A DNA stretch of 64,000 nt, taken from positions 3,460,192 through 3,524,191 of the forward strand of contig CM119267.1 in the NCBI GenBank assembly GCA_051294375.1. Reading direction: 5' to 3'. The position numbers and the translations under genes are program-made. Below are positions 13,749 to 28,255 of the stretch, piece by piece. Each line of letters opens with the position of its first letter. Position 1 is the first letter of the stretch. Source of the DNA: Paraspadella gotoi. Taxonomy: Eukaryota > Animalia > Chaetognatha. A model generated the notes under the pieces. It had not been told where the DNA came from. It searched no databases and saw nothing but the letters and a program-made list of their open reading frames with translations.

Positions 13749-14790
13749 AAACAAACGCATCGGGGGAAAATACAACGAGGAAAAGACACGAGACTCATGC
13801 GAACATGCGTCGACGCTGTTTTCCGTTTAGATTCTTAATTATTTTTCAACGATTTTTTATTCAAAAAAAAAAAAAAATTAATAAATAACGAAAAGAGGAG
13901 AATTTGTATTTCAATATCTTCGACTTCGTATTAGCCCCAAAACGGTCGTGAAAACTTTTTATCGCTTTTTGATTATGGGAAATTTATTAAGATGATTTGT
14001 CTGATGCTTTATACGATTTTTGCCATTGTGTTTTGAACATAAGCGATTTATTTTCTACGAACGCAGTTCTAACTGTAATTGGATGTCTGCCAGGTTTACA
14101 ATTACAAACAGGGACCTTTCTTGGCTGTTTATTTCATTGGGTCGTTTATTGGCCAATAAGACTTTGATTCTTTTCTTTTGTTTCGTTTTGATCAGCAACA
14201 CCTTCGTGATCTCTGTCGTTTGTTCATGTTCGATTGTTAAGTTTTATTACTTGCTATAGTTTTAATTTTGAATATCTCACATATAACGCCTCATACGTTA
14301 TGTCTGTTTCGTCTGTTAAGGATTTGGCTTTGTGTTTTTCCTCGTTGGTTTATCCGTTAATATTGTAGGGCTAAATTTTATGGCTTAAATGATTTAAATA
14401 TTTGTAGTATGGAGTATCCTTTATCCAGATGTTTATTAAAATGAAAGATTGAAAGAATTAATGGAATTCAAGGGAAGATGGACTGAAAAACATACATTTG
14501 ATGGAGACAATAATCACCCTCTAACACATTTCTCCATATAAAAACCGAACTGAAAATACGACCTTTAAAAATCTTTGCGATTCCCTTGGTTATTACTTCT
14601 TCGTCGTTTTCAAGAACATTTCAAAACCACTAGTAAAATTCAAGTTTGCTTGTAAGGCTACTGGGACTTGGGTTAATCTTTGGCATCATCAGTTCAAAGG
14701 CGCCGCGTGAAGATTTTGTGTCAAACTTTTTTTTTTACATTCGTTATAACTTCGCGTTTTTTTATTCATTTTTCTTAATGTTTTATAGAG

Positions 14791-16241
14791 ATGGCCGACA
14801 TTGTGGAAAACGTGTTAAAAGGCGAAGCTGAGCGAGAAAAACAATTTAAACCCATAGATGTATTTCGAGAGATCGATCCCAATGTGGACGAGGGGAATCT
14901 CGTCGTCGAGGACATTAACGCCTTCGATGGACAGAGTTATCACCAGCGTCGGGAGAGTTATTTGCTCGATTTGGCGCGGGACAGCACGCAAATACTGTTC
15001 AACAGAATATGGCAGCTTCCCAAAGGTGCGTTATCGAAAGCTCCGGGATTTCGAAGTGGCTCTCGATGAACAACCTTTTTTTTTCTCGCCAGAGAGAAAA
15101 GAGGACGCGGTGTTGGCGAAACTCCCCGAACCCACGATTCTGTTGCCCCGAGAAAAACCGGTGCCCAAACCCAAACCGGAAACGAGGTTCGAACGCTTCG
15201 CCCGCATGAAGGGGATGAAGAAACGGAAGAAGGACAAGTTGGTCTACGACGATAAGAGCGGAAAGTGGAAACGGAGACACGGATACGATAAGGCCAACGA
15301 GAAGGAGAAATCTTGGATGATCCCTTATAAAAAGTCCGAGGTGAGTGGGATCGAGTTTGTACAAAGGATAGGATTAATTGGACGCACAAAGCTAATTAAG
15401 TATTAAGTATTAAATATTTTAACAAGGTTTATTTACCGTTCACGCTCGACGTTTGCAGGATTCTTCGGTGGATCTTTTCCAAAAGCAAAACGAAGCCAAG
15501 AAGGAACGCGTAGCGAAGAACGAGCTTCAACGCTTGCGTAATCTGGCGAAGTCGAGTGGATTGAAGAAAGTTCCAGGCATCGGGTCGACTCCGTCAGAAA
15601 AGCCTACCAAGGAAGACCTGGGACGCCAGTTTCATTCGGCGAAAAAGGTTTGAGAAAAGTTTTACTTCCCCATTAGCCGTCACTGGGATCTCTCTAATAT
15701 TACCATTACCTCACTTCTTTTTGAACCTAGGCGACCGCCTCCATCGGAAAGTTCGAGGGCAACCTCCCGAAAGAACGAAAACTCAAGGGCGGGGAGGGAA
15801 AGAAGCGGCAATTCGCACCTTTGCACGGCGACATGTCGGGCGAGAAGAACCGTCAGCTCGACATCCTCAAACATCTTCAGTCGGGCAGGAAAATTCTCAA
15901 CGAAACGAAGGCCGCCAATCAAGTTATTCGCAGCGAAGAATCGGAACGGGCGAAAAAGAAAAAAGCTGGAGAGACGAAGAGGTGATTTATTTCCCCCCCC
16001 CCCGTTTATTTCGTAAATAAAATATTGTTGGATGGTTATTATTTTTATTTTTTGTAAATCAAAAGTCTAGTTTTTGATGTAATAAAACAATTTTTTCTTG
16101 TTTAGGATGCGAGAAGGCAAGAGGAGCAAAGGCGCGATTCGAAAAGAAGCCAAAAACAAAACTTATGCGAAAAAGCCCAAAAATGTTGGCGGAAAAAAAA
16201 TGAGCGGGGGAAAGGGGTCGAAGGGGAAGGGCAAGAAATAA
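14791..16241 (+). CDS. RRS1: Ribosome biogenesis regulator RRS1, 5 exons
   Basis: Exons 14791-15024, 15093-15340, 15459-15647, 15731-15981, 16106-16241. Motifs: DEGNL, LARDSTQILFNRIWQLP, LPEPTILLPREKPVPKPKPETRFERFARMKG, KKERVAKNELQRLRN, ATASIGKF. Confidence 0.95.
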
Positions 16242-16432
16242 TGGGAGAACATCTGACTCTCGCGCGAAAACTTTAAGGGTTTTTTTTTTCTTTCCTCGCT
16301 TCGGTCTGTTTATTTTTTCTCGTTGTTGTTGTTGATCCGTTTTCGCAACGCGTATTCCACTTCGTTGATCGCATCTTACGTACTCAAGGAACAGATGAAA
16401 GACTCGCATTGACTTCCTCATTTTATCCAATT

Positions 16433-17704
16433 ATGAACGACTCGGTGGCGATGGAGGACAACGACAACGCGTTACCCGTTAAGAGTCGCATCTTAATTCA
16501 GCCCGATTGGGAAGCGGGAAGGAAAGCTTGGCTCATGGTCAAGACGCCCGACGAACCCTCCATCCGCGGCATCTTCGACGACGCCGTCGGCTCAGAGACT
16601 TTCGAGCAAGACGGATTCACGGTTCGCAAGCTCCGGCGCTCGTTAATCGGCGTGACTCACCCTCGCGCCGGATACATGGCGCTTTTCGCGGCGCCCTCCT
16701 ACGTTTGGCCGACGATTCACAATAAGAGCACGATTTGTCTGGACGTCTCCGATGGCGGCCTCGGCGCCTCCGCCTCCTCCGAGGGGGATTTGCTTGTGTG
16801 GACGACCTCCAATGGAGAGGTTCGTCGGCGCCTACAGGGCCACGTCGATGCTATCTATGCATGCCGATTCTTCCCATCGGGCACCGTCCTTCTTTCCGGT
16901 GGCGCCGATTTCCGGCTGAAGATCTGGTCCGCAGAATCCGGCGTTTGCGCGGCCACGTTGTTGGGTCATCGCGGGGCGATCAACGATGTCGCCATTGTCG
17001 AACGAGGCCGCAATATTCTCTCCTGTGGTCGAGACGGCACCGTCAAACTCTGGGACGTCGGTCGTTCTCATTGTCTTCACTCTTTCAATGATCTTGCTGT
17101 TGGCGTCGTCAACGCCATCTCGCTCGGCGCCGTCGAAAGCTGTCACGCGGGGGCCTCCGGCGCCATATCCTCCGAAGATCAGCGGGAGGTTGGCACCCAA
17201 GACAAATTCCTCATCGTCGCCGGTGAAGGATCGGGCGATGGAGCGGGAAAAATAATCGGTCTCGATCTCAAGTCTCGGGAGGCGATCTTTGATTTACCGA
17301 CGACGGCGCCGACCAACGCCACTTTAGTCTTGAACGAACGAACCTTCGTCTACGGATTGCACGACGGCACTGTCGCCGTCGTCGACATCCGCAACGTCGG
17401 ACGAACCCTCTTCCTTGAGAAAGAGTCGAGGGGCGCCGTGCTCGACCTGAAGCGATTCTCGACCGGTTTTCTCAAGTCAACCCAAGACGGTTCCGTCGTT
17501 TACGTCTCGGCGAAGACGATCATTTCGCCCTCGGGTAACGGTGACGGCTCGAGCGGCGTCGTTTTGGAACTCAGCGGTCCCGAATGCGATCCGGTTTACA
17601 AAGTCGCGACTGAAAATGGCAACGCTGTTTACACGGCTTGTAGGGACGGAATCATTCGAAAGTATCTCTTGGACGCTGAGTTGATGAAAAATGCCTCTTC
17701 GTAG
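16433..17704 (+). CDS. PAAF1: WD40 proteasomal ATPase-associated factor 1 (Rpn14-like), intronless
   Basis: N-terminal ILIQPDWE..AWL; WD repeats LQGHVDAIYACRFFPSGTVLLSGGADFRLKIWSAE; EDQREVGTQDK; ELSGPECDPVY..VYTACRDGIIRKY. Confidence 0.9.
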   Translation: MNDSVAMEDNDNALPVKSRILIQPDWEAGRKAWLMVKTPDEPSIRGIFDDAVGSETFEQDGFTVRKLRRSLIGVTHPRAGYMALFAAPSYVWPTIHNKSTICLDVSDGGLGASASSEGDLLVWTTSNGEVRRRLQGHVDAIYACRFFPSGTVLLSGGADFRLKIWSAESGVCAATLLGHRGAINDVAIVERGRNILSCGRDGTVKLWDVGRSHCLHSFNDLAVGVVNAISLGAVESCHAGASGAISSEDQREVGTQDKFLIVAGEGSGDGAGKIIGLDLKSREAIFDLPTTAPTNATLVLNERTFVYGLHDGTVAVVDIRNVGRTLFLEKESRGAVLDLKRFSTGFLKSTQDGSVVYVSAKTIISPSGNGDGSSGVVLELSGPECDPVYKVATENGNAVYTACRDGIIRKYLLDAELMKNASS

Positions 17705-17783
17705 CCTCATCGAATTTATACTCGTCGAATGTCCATTGTGATAACATTTTTTTATACTTTATGAAACTTAAAATCCCTCATAA

Positions 17784-18834
<1,051 letters not shown>

Positions 18835-18953
18835 AAAAAAAAATTAAACCGAGTTGTTAATTTCGAATCTAGTCTAGTTATATATATATAATTCGTTATT
18901 TTTTTTCCCCAGATTTTTAAAAAGTCTAATTTCTTAAACTTTTTCAAAAAGCC

Positions 18954-19507
<554 letters not shown>

Positions 19508-19837
19508 AACCGGGGATCCAGTTGGACGTTTGCTAGATAGCGATAAGGGGTCGAGCGATGCCGCGTGGCTTTATTTTGAATTTTTCAGAATAGACATTTC
19601 TCATGTCAACGAATTTTTTTGTTTTCGAATTTGTTTTTAAAAAAAACGAGTTAACGCTTCCATTTGAAAAAAAATAAAAATTAATTTTCATTTTCTTAGA
19701 CCTGAATGTTTTATCGTTGATAATTTCCATTTGGTTTCGAACACGAAATAAAAGCCAAAAAGTGCAAATGACAAAGTTTACTTCCCTCTTGATTTGTCAA
19801 CCGTCGTCGTCGTCCTGATCGAATAAAAGAGCAGACG

Positions 19838-22656
19838 ATGGCTTTCGATGGGGAGGACAACTTCGTGGGCTCCTTTCCCAACGACTTTCACTACGCCGAC
19901 AACGATGAATCTGGCGTGCTCGGCGGCGGACCGCTCGGCGACGCAATCTCTCCCGATTCCGTGCAAATGTGCAAACCGAGGATTTTGCTCATGGGGTTGA
20001 GAAGAAGCGGAAAGTCTTCCATTCAAAAGGTTTTTAGTTGCGCCGCGAGTACTCGCGGAGCAACTCTATAAGTCACTTTTCGGTCCGTCGGTATGCCTGT
20101 CCGTCGGTTCGTCCCACTTACGTTAAAAATGCTCATGATTTCCATACAGTTGGTTGCTCATTTGTTAAGACAGGAAAAAAACTTAAATCTAAGGGACTGC
20201 TAGCACCGCCTTCAGGAAATAAAAGACAGATGCAGTGCTTGTCATTAATACACGGGCTAAGAAAGTTATGGTAGTCATGTCACGTCATGTCACAAGAAAC
20301 ACGTGTTAAGGCAGTCACTGCGGTGCAACACATTTGAATTGCCTTTGTTATTATTAGGAAGTATGTTATTTAAATTGCTTCGTTTTTTTTCTCCAAGACG
20401 AAGATTTTTCGGGGCTTTTATTTGTTTGTTTTAAACCGTTTATAGTAATATTTTTTTCTCCTATCAGGTCGTATTCCACAAAATGTCTCCAAACGAGACG
20501 CTGTTTCTGGAGAGCACCAACAAGATCGTCCGGGACGACGTCTCCAATAGTTCCTTCGTTCAGTTCGAAATATGGGATTTCCCCGGTCAACTTAACCCAT
20601 TTGATCCCACCTTTGATTCGGAATCGATATTCGGCGGATGCGGCGCCCTCATTTTCGTCATCGATTCGCAGGTTGTACTTAATGGGGTGCTGAGACTCAT
20701 TGGTGTCTGAAGAAAAATAAGAAAAGTTATGAACTATTGTTCTATTTTCTGTCGATCAGGATGATTACGTGGAGGCATTGACTAAGCTGAATCAAACCGT
20801 CACTCGGGCCTTTAAAGTCAATCCGAGCATCAAATTTGAAGTCTTCATTCATAAGGTGATGTTTGTTACCCTTAATGTCTCACAATAAGATGAAACATGT
20901 GGGGAAGGGGGGCGGGTTCTTCTTACTTTCTCTTCTCTCCATCCCCTTAATTTCTTTTTCCACGCCATCTTCACGTGAAAGTAGTCACCTTGAACAGCCA
21001 TCTTTTTATTTTTCTATCCATCTCTCACACCAGTTAAGTCCGTCTGTAGAAAATCTTTTGTATTTTCTATGCCTGCGGGTCGCGCGTTCGAGGCGTCGGC
21101 CGTCGGATGAACAGGTTTTGACAAGGAGCAAGGATATCGTAGTATCTTACTAAATCTCGAAGCGTAAAGAAAACGTCAAAAAATGTAGAATAAATTGTAA
21201 ATTATTTGTATTTTTGAATCAATGAAAAGTCGAAAAGATGTTTGTAATAAATCCTTGGATCCGTAAAAACTACGTTTCCAGACGGCCGATCTTTTCTTTA
21301 AAAATGATTCTGATCGAATAACAAGTGGCGAGGTTTTCGTCCGAAAGAAAGCCACGAGAAAGCGACAAGAACGGTGAAAAGATAAGGTTAGGTAAGGTCA
21401 ATTTAAATGACTAAAAAAGAATGACCCGACGCGAGGTAACGAAATATCTTTCTTTTTCTCTCCATTTGAGACATTTATTGTGTATTAAAAAAGTAATAAA
21501 GAAAAAACCAAGATTTTTAGACAGACTTTGGACCGGGCGCGACCTGAGATGCCAGGACGTGATTGGTCGGTGGTCGCGTCCTGTGACGCGACTCCCTCCA
21601 ATCGGGTGTTAGGGGAGATGCGCGGGAATCTTGCAAACTAAAAAGTATAAAAGGGGCAGCAGCCTAAGTAATTTTGTTCCAACTCCAAGTTCTTTCGCAC
21701 ATTGAAACACTGTGCCTTGATCCTCAATTTAAAAATTTGACAAAATTTGTAAAGCTTTGAAAATCAATTTTAATTTTTCAAATCTACCAAAAAAACTCAA
21801 TCTTGGTGCGAGAAGTTACGTATTTCTACAGACTTGGGCTGCTTAGCTACTTCTGCTACAAAAAAGAATGTAAAAGCCCTAAAATTGTTCTCCTTTCGGC
21901 TGACCTCAGGTCGACGGCCTCTCGGACGATCACAAGATTGAAGCGCAGCGCGACATCTACCAGCACGCCACCGACGGCCTCGCCGACGTCGGCCTCGAGG
22001 GCATTCACCTCGGCTTCTATTTGACCTCCATCTACGACCATTCCATCTTTGAGGCCTTTTCCAAGGTCGTTCAAAAACTCATTCCTCAGCTGCCGACGCT
22101 GGAGAACCTGCTCAACATCCTCATCTCGAACAGCGGGATCGAGAAAGCTTTCCTCTTCGACGTCGTCTCCAAGATCTACATCGCAACAGATTCTTCGCCC
22201 GTCGATATGCAGTCCTACGAGTTGTGTTGCGACATGATCGACGTCGTGATCGACATGATGTTCATCTACGGCGTCAGGGACGACATCATGAACGGCGGAG
22301 CCGCGGCCGCCGCAGCTTCCCCACCCGGCGCAGTCGCCGGCTCCCCTTCGACGGAGAGCGGTTGCGCCTTTGACACGTCCTCCTCGGCCGTGATCAGACT
22401 CAACAACGCCACGGTTCTCTACATGAGAGAAGTCAACAAATACTTGGCCCTCGTCTGCATTCTTCGCGAGGACTCCTTCGATTTTCAAGGCCTTATCGAC
22501 TACAACTTTCACTGCTTTCGTCGCGCCATTCAGGACGTCTTCGAACTCCGCGCCGGCGTCATCGCCGAGAAGCAGAGTTCCGGCAACGGCTCCGAGGGAA
22601 TGCCCAACGGAGACGCCGCCGCGCTCCCGGAAGCCGTCGCCGAAGGCACGTCTTAA
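19838..22656 (+). CDS. RRAGC: Rag C/D GTPase (mTORC1 amino-acid sensing), 4 exons
   Basis: Exons 19838-20029, 20468-20671, 20760-20855, 21910-22656. Motifs: [61 protein letters not shown]. RagC and RagD cannot be distinguished; probably the single invertebrate co-orthologue. Confidence 0.95.
20031..20350 (+). mobile_element. Non-autonomous DINE-1/Helentron-associated (HINE-like) element in Rag intron 1
   Basis: T-run, then a near-perfect palindrome agttgcgccgcgagtactcgcggagcaact (20036-20065), a GTCC/GTCG microsatellite (20081-20114), and a 3' hairpin aaggcagt..attgcctt (20308-20345) ending in ttgtt. This layout is typical of DINE-1/HINE elements. Confidence 0.6.
21557..21680 (+). promoter_or_regulatory. 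Pol II promoter-like motif cluster inside Rag intron 3
   Basis: ATTGG 21562, TGACG 21584, CCAAT 21598 and TATAAAAG 21646-21653 in a GC-rich patch of an unusually long (1.05 kb) intron. Confidence 0.45.
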
Positions 22657-23098
22657 TTATTGTTAACTTAAGATTAAAATAAAAAAACTCCAATCATGAC
22701 TTACATTTTTTTTTACGACTGGTCCGCGTCGTAACTAATTAAATTGGGTTACGTTGAATTTTTTTCCCCCCCGACTTAATTATCCTAATTTCTGGTTCGA
22801 GTCTTTTTTTTTTTTTTTACCTCGATTTTTATTTTATTTGTTGATATTTCGGTGTTTGTAGATCAACTTGTCCGTTCGCGAAGGCCAAGTGTCGTCCAGT
22901 TGTTGGTGATAAATCGTTAACGGGTTGTGACCCCCTTCCACCAACTTCCCCTTCCTCTTTATCCCTTTATTTCTTCACCAAAACCGCGGTATTTTTTCCC
23001 CACATAAAAAAAAAATTAGAGTACCGAATTGCTTTCAGAGCGATTTGCCAAAGATTTAAAAAAACTCTTTAAAAACCTTATAAACTTCTCATCCGACG

Positions 23099-25107
<2,009 letters not shown>

Positions 25108-25402
25108 CAACCCACGCGTTTCTCTTCATTTTAATAGCATCGAACAAACTTAACCATATCTCCCACTTCCGTTTTCGTATTTCATCATTCTAAAAAAAAA
25201 AAAAAATACGCGATTGTTTTATTGTCAAATTCTTTAATTCTGTTTCGTTTTGTTTTGACTTATATCTTATTCAAAGAATCTCCCTCAAAATAAAGCGCTC
25301 CTTTTTGTTTATCTCCCATTAAAGAATAAATTCTTCGCCCATGTTTTTTAGATCAGTAAACTACGTTAATGTTTTAGCTAAAGGGGTTTTACATATTGGG
25401 CC

Positions 25403-25998
25403 ATGGCCGACGGTCAGGGTAACGTGCAAACCATCTCCACGAGGGAACGTTTTAGATACGAGAACACTCTCGTTTGTTTGCTTCAAGGCATATCAGGTCG
25501 GCTTTCGTAGAGTAGTCAAAGATAAAACCCTCCATCTGCAGCCAAAATAAATGTCTCGACTCTCGCCTCCGCAGGCAGAAAGACGACGGTCGAGTTGAGG
25601 AACGAGTCGTCCGTCGTGGGGAAGATCCTCCACGTGGACGGGTTTATGAACGTCGACATGGTCGGCGTCAAAGTCACCGATCGATTCGGAAATCGGGAGA
25701 ACTTTGACAGATTTCACGTTCACGGAAAGCAGATCCGTTTCGTTCACATTCCAGGTTGACGTGACATGGGTTTAGTGATGATCCAAGTTATTTTTTTTTT
25801 CCTAAAATTTGAGAGATGGAGAGTTTTTTCGATCGTTTAGACGACGTAGACATGGGCAAAACGATCGAGTCGCAAATGGCGGCGCTGAGACGTCGTCGCC
25901 ATCACGTCGATAAGCAAGACAAATTGGGAACGCGGAGAAATTGGAAGGCGGATTTAAAGATGAAGGAGAAAATGAAGAGGCACGACGAGGAGAACTGA
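25403..25998 (+). CDS. LSM10: U7 snRNP-specific Sm-like protein LSm10, 3 exons
   Basis: Exons 25403-25496, 25575-25754, 25841-25998 give RERFRYENTLVCLLQGISGRKTTVELRNESSVVGKILHVDGFMNVDM..FHVHGKQIRFVHIPDDVDMGKTIESQM. Confidence 0.88.
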
Positions 25999-26125
25999 TC
26001 TCTCTTCAAACTTTTTCCCCCAAATTCTTTTGCATTTTATTTTGCGTTCAAGTTTTCCATTTTCATATGTTTCGTATTTACTCGCCGGATTTTTCCTCGG
26101 CAGATTTCTGCTTTTATATAATTTA

Positions 26126-26585
26126 ATGGAAGGGAAACCAACCAATGAAACCAAAACAGTTAAAAAAAGTCAACCCGGCGAAGGAATTAGGAAACTCCAG
26201 TCTACCACGTTTTTTCGGTGGGTCTTAACCTGATTGTGTTTCGCGGAAATCTTTCTACTACGTTTGTTGCGCTTGCGTATTAGGGTGACGAACTTCGAGC
26301 TCTACGTCAAACCGAACAAATTTGTTATGAGCCTTGGCCTCGCTTCTCTCGCCGTCGCAGTCGGTCTCATTGGTTACATGCACTACGAACAACGCCAGGC
26401 AAGTGTTATCCATTTGAAATGAGCGAACGTCAAAGCGTAACGATTTCAAAGTTTGCCTCTGAAAAACAGTGATTATCGTGATCTTCCGAATCCAGTTAGA
26501 GCAAAGAGTCGGCCCGGTGTACAAGGTCATCACCGAAGACGGTGACTACGATTATCGCCAGAAAAAGTCCAAGTGGGACATTTGA
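26126..26585 (+). CDS. SMIM8: Small integral membrane protein 8, 3 exons
   Basis: Exons 26126-26217, 26284-26398, 26496-26585 give [63 protein letters not shown]. Confidence 0.87.
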
Positions 26586-26617
26586 TCCACCTTCACCCCC
26601 TTCGACCTCTCCCACCG

Positions 26618-27961
26618 ATGGCCGCTTACGCCGCCCTCACCAATTATCTGCCCGGGACGGCGTCTCTCATCGAGGAGATCGACAAGAAGCTCCTCGTGGT
26701 TCTCCGCGACGGGCGGACGCTCATCGGTTGGCTCCGGTCCATCGATCAGTTTGCCAATCTAGTTCTTCACAGGTAGTACATCTCTCTCACACTATTAGTT
26801 CGATAAACCAAGTTTAAATGTTTTCCTTCTTCGGCAGAACGATCGAGAGAATCCACGTCGGCCGAAAGTATGGCGACATTCCGCGCGGAGTTTTTATCGT
26901 TCGCGGGGAAAACGTCGTGCTCTTGGGTGAAATCGACGAAAAAAGGTTTGAGCTTCCCCCCTCTCCTCGCTCCTTCCTCTTGGGTGAAATCGACGAAAAA
27001 AGGTTTGAGCTTCCCCCCCTCTCCTCCTCCCTCCTCCTCTTGGGTGAAATCGACGAAAAAAGGTTTGAGCTTCCCCCCTCCTCCTCCTCCCCTCCTCTTG
27101 GGTGAAATCGACGAAAAAAGGTTTGAGCTTCCCCCTCTCCTCCTCCTCTCTCTTGGGTGAAATCGACGAAAAAAAGGTTTAGGCTTCCCCCCTCTCCTCC
27201 TCCTCCTCTTCCTCTTGGGTGAAATCGACGAAAAAAAGGTTTGAGCTCCCCCCTCTCCTCCTCCTCCTCCTCCTCTTGGGTGAATTCGACGAAAAAAGGT
27301 TTGAGCTTCCCCCTCTCCTCCTCCTCCTCCTCCTCTTGGGTGAAATCGACGAAAAAAGGTTTGAGCTTCCCCCCCCTCTCCTCCTCCTCCTCTTGGGTGA
27401 AATCGACGAAAAAAGGTTTGAGCTTCCCCCCTCTCTCTCCTCCTCCTCTTGGGTGAAATCGACGAAAAAAGTTTGAGCTTCCCCCTCTCCCTCCTCCTCT
27501 TCCTCTTGGTGAAATCGACGAAAAAAAGGTTTGAGCTTCCCCCCTCTCCCTCCTCCTCCTCCTCTTGGGTGAATCGAGAAAAAAAGGTTTGAGCTTCCCC
27601 TCTCCTCCTCCTCCTCCTCTTGGGTGAAATCGACGAAAAAGGTTTGAGCTTCCCCCTCTCCTCCTCCTCCTCTTCCTCTTGGTGAAATCGACGAAAAAAG
27701 GTTTGAGCCTCCCCCCCCTCTCCTCCTCCTCCTCCTCCCCCACGCAAAGATCTTGATCGTCATTCTTTTTCCTCTTTGTCGAAAATCAGATTCAGCGCGG
27801 ACGCGGAGGGCGTGACCCTCGAGTGTGTCTCCATCGAGGAGATCCTCGACCTTCAGAGAGAGGAGGTGCTGAAGAAGGAGCAAGAGGACAAGGCCAAGTT
27901 GAAAGTGATGAAGGATCGCGGAATCAGCAGCGATCCAATTCAGGAGGACTTTTATTATTAG
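26618..27961 (+). CDS. LSM1: Sm-like protein LSm1, 3 exons
   Basis: Exons 26618-26772, 26838-26945, 27790-27961. [88 protein letters not shown]. Confidence 0.95.
26919..27740 (+). repeat. Minisatellite, 14 copies of a ~55-62 bp unit spanning the LSM1 exon 2/intron 2 junction
   Basis: Unit ctcttgggtgaaatcgacgaaaaaag|gtttgagcttcccccc(tcc)n. GT positions 26946, 27003, 27063, 27121, 27177, 27239, 27299, 27359, 27416, 27471, 27529, 27587, 27642, 27701. Confidence 0.95.
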
Positions 27962-28255
27962 GCGGGGATTTAAAACTAAATTATTTGAAAAAAAAAATGC
28001 CTTGTTTTTTTTTTGTATGGAACTCGTAACACACGGCCAATGCGTACGCCGTTAGATAGGCCTCTTCGCAAAACAAAACAAAATATAGAAAAGTCTTTTT
28101 TTATCATTACGTTTCATCTTTGCCACTTTTCTTCATCAGTTGTTCATTGTTTTAAAGAGTTTAACATGGAAGGATCTTGACTCTGCGAGAAGACTCGTCA
28201 TTTTAACCGCAATATATTATATATAATCATAAATTTTACTGAACAAAAATCTAAA

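Noticed and set aside
26767-27883. Long minus-strand ORFs (326, 309, 234 aa) and a CRISPR-like look of the repeat
   Set aside because: The ORFs are translations of the minisatellite. The variable parts are only (CCT)n length changes, not unique spacers; the context is eukaryotic and no cas genes are present.
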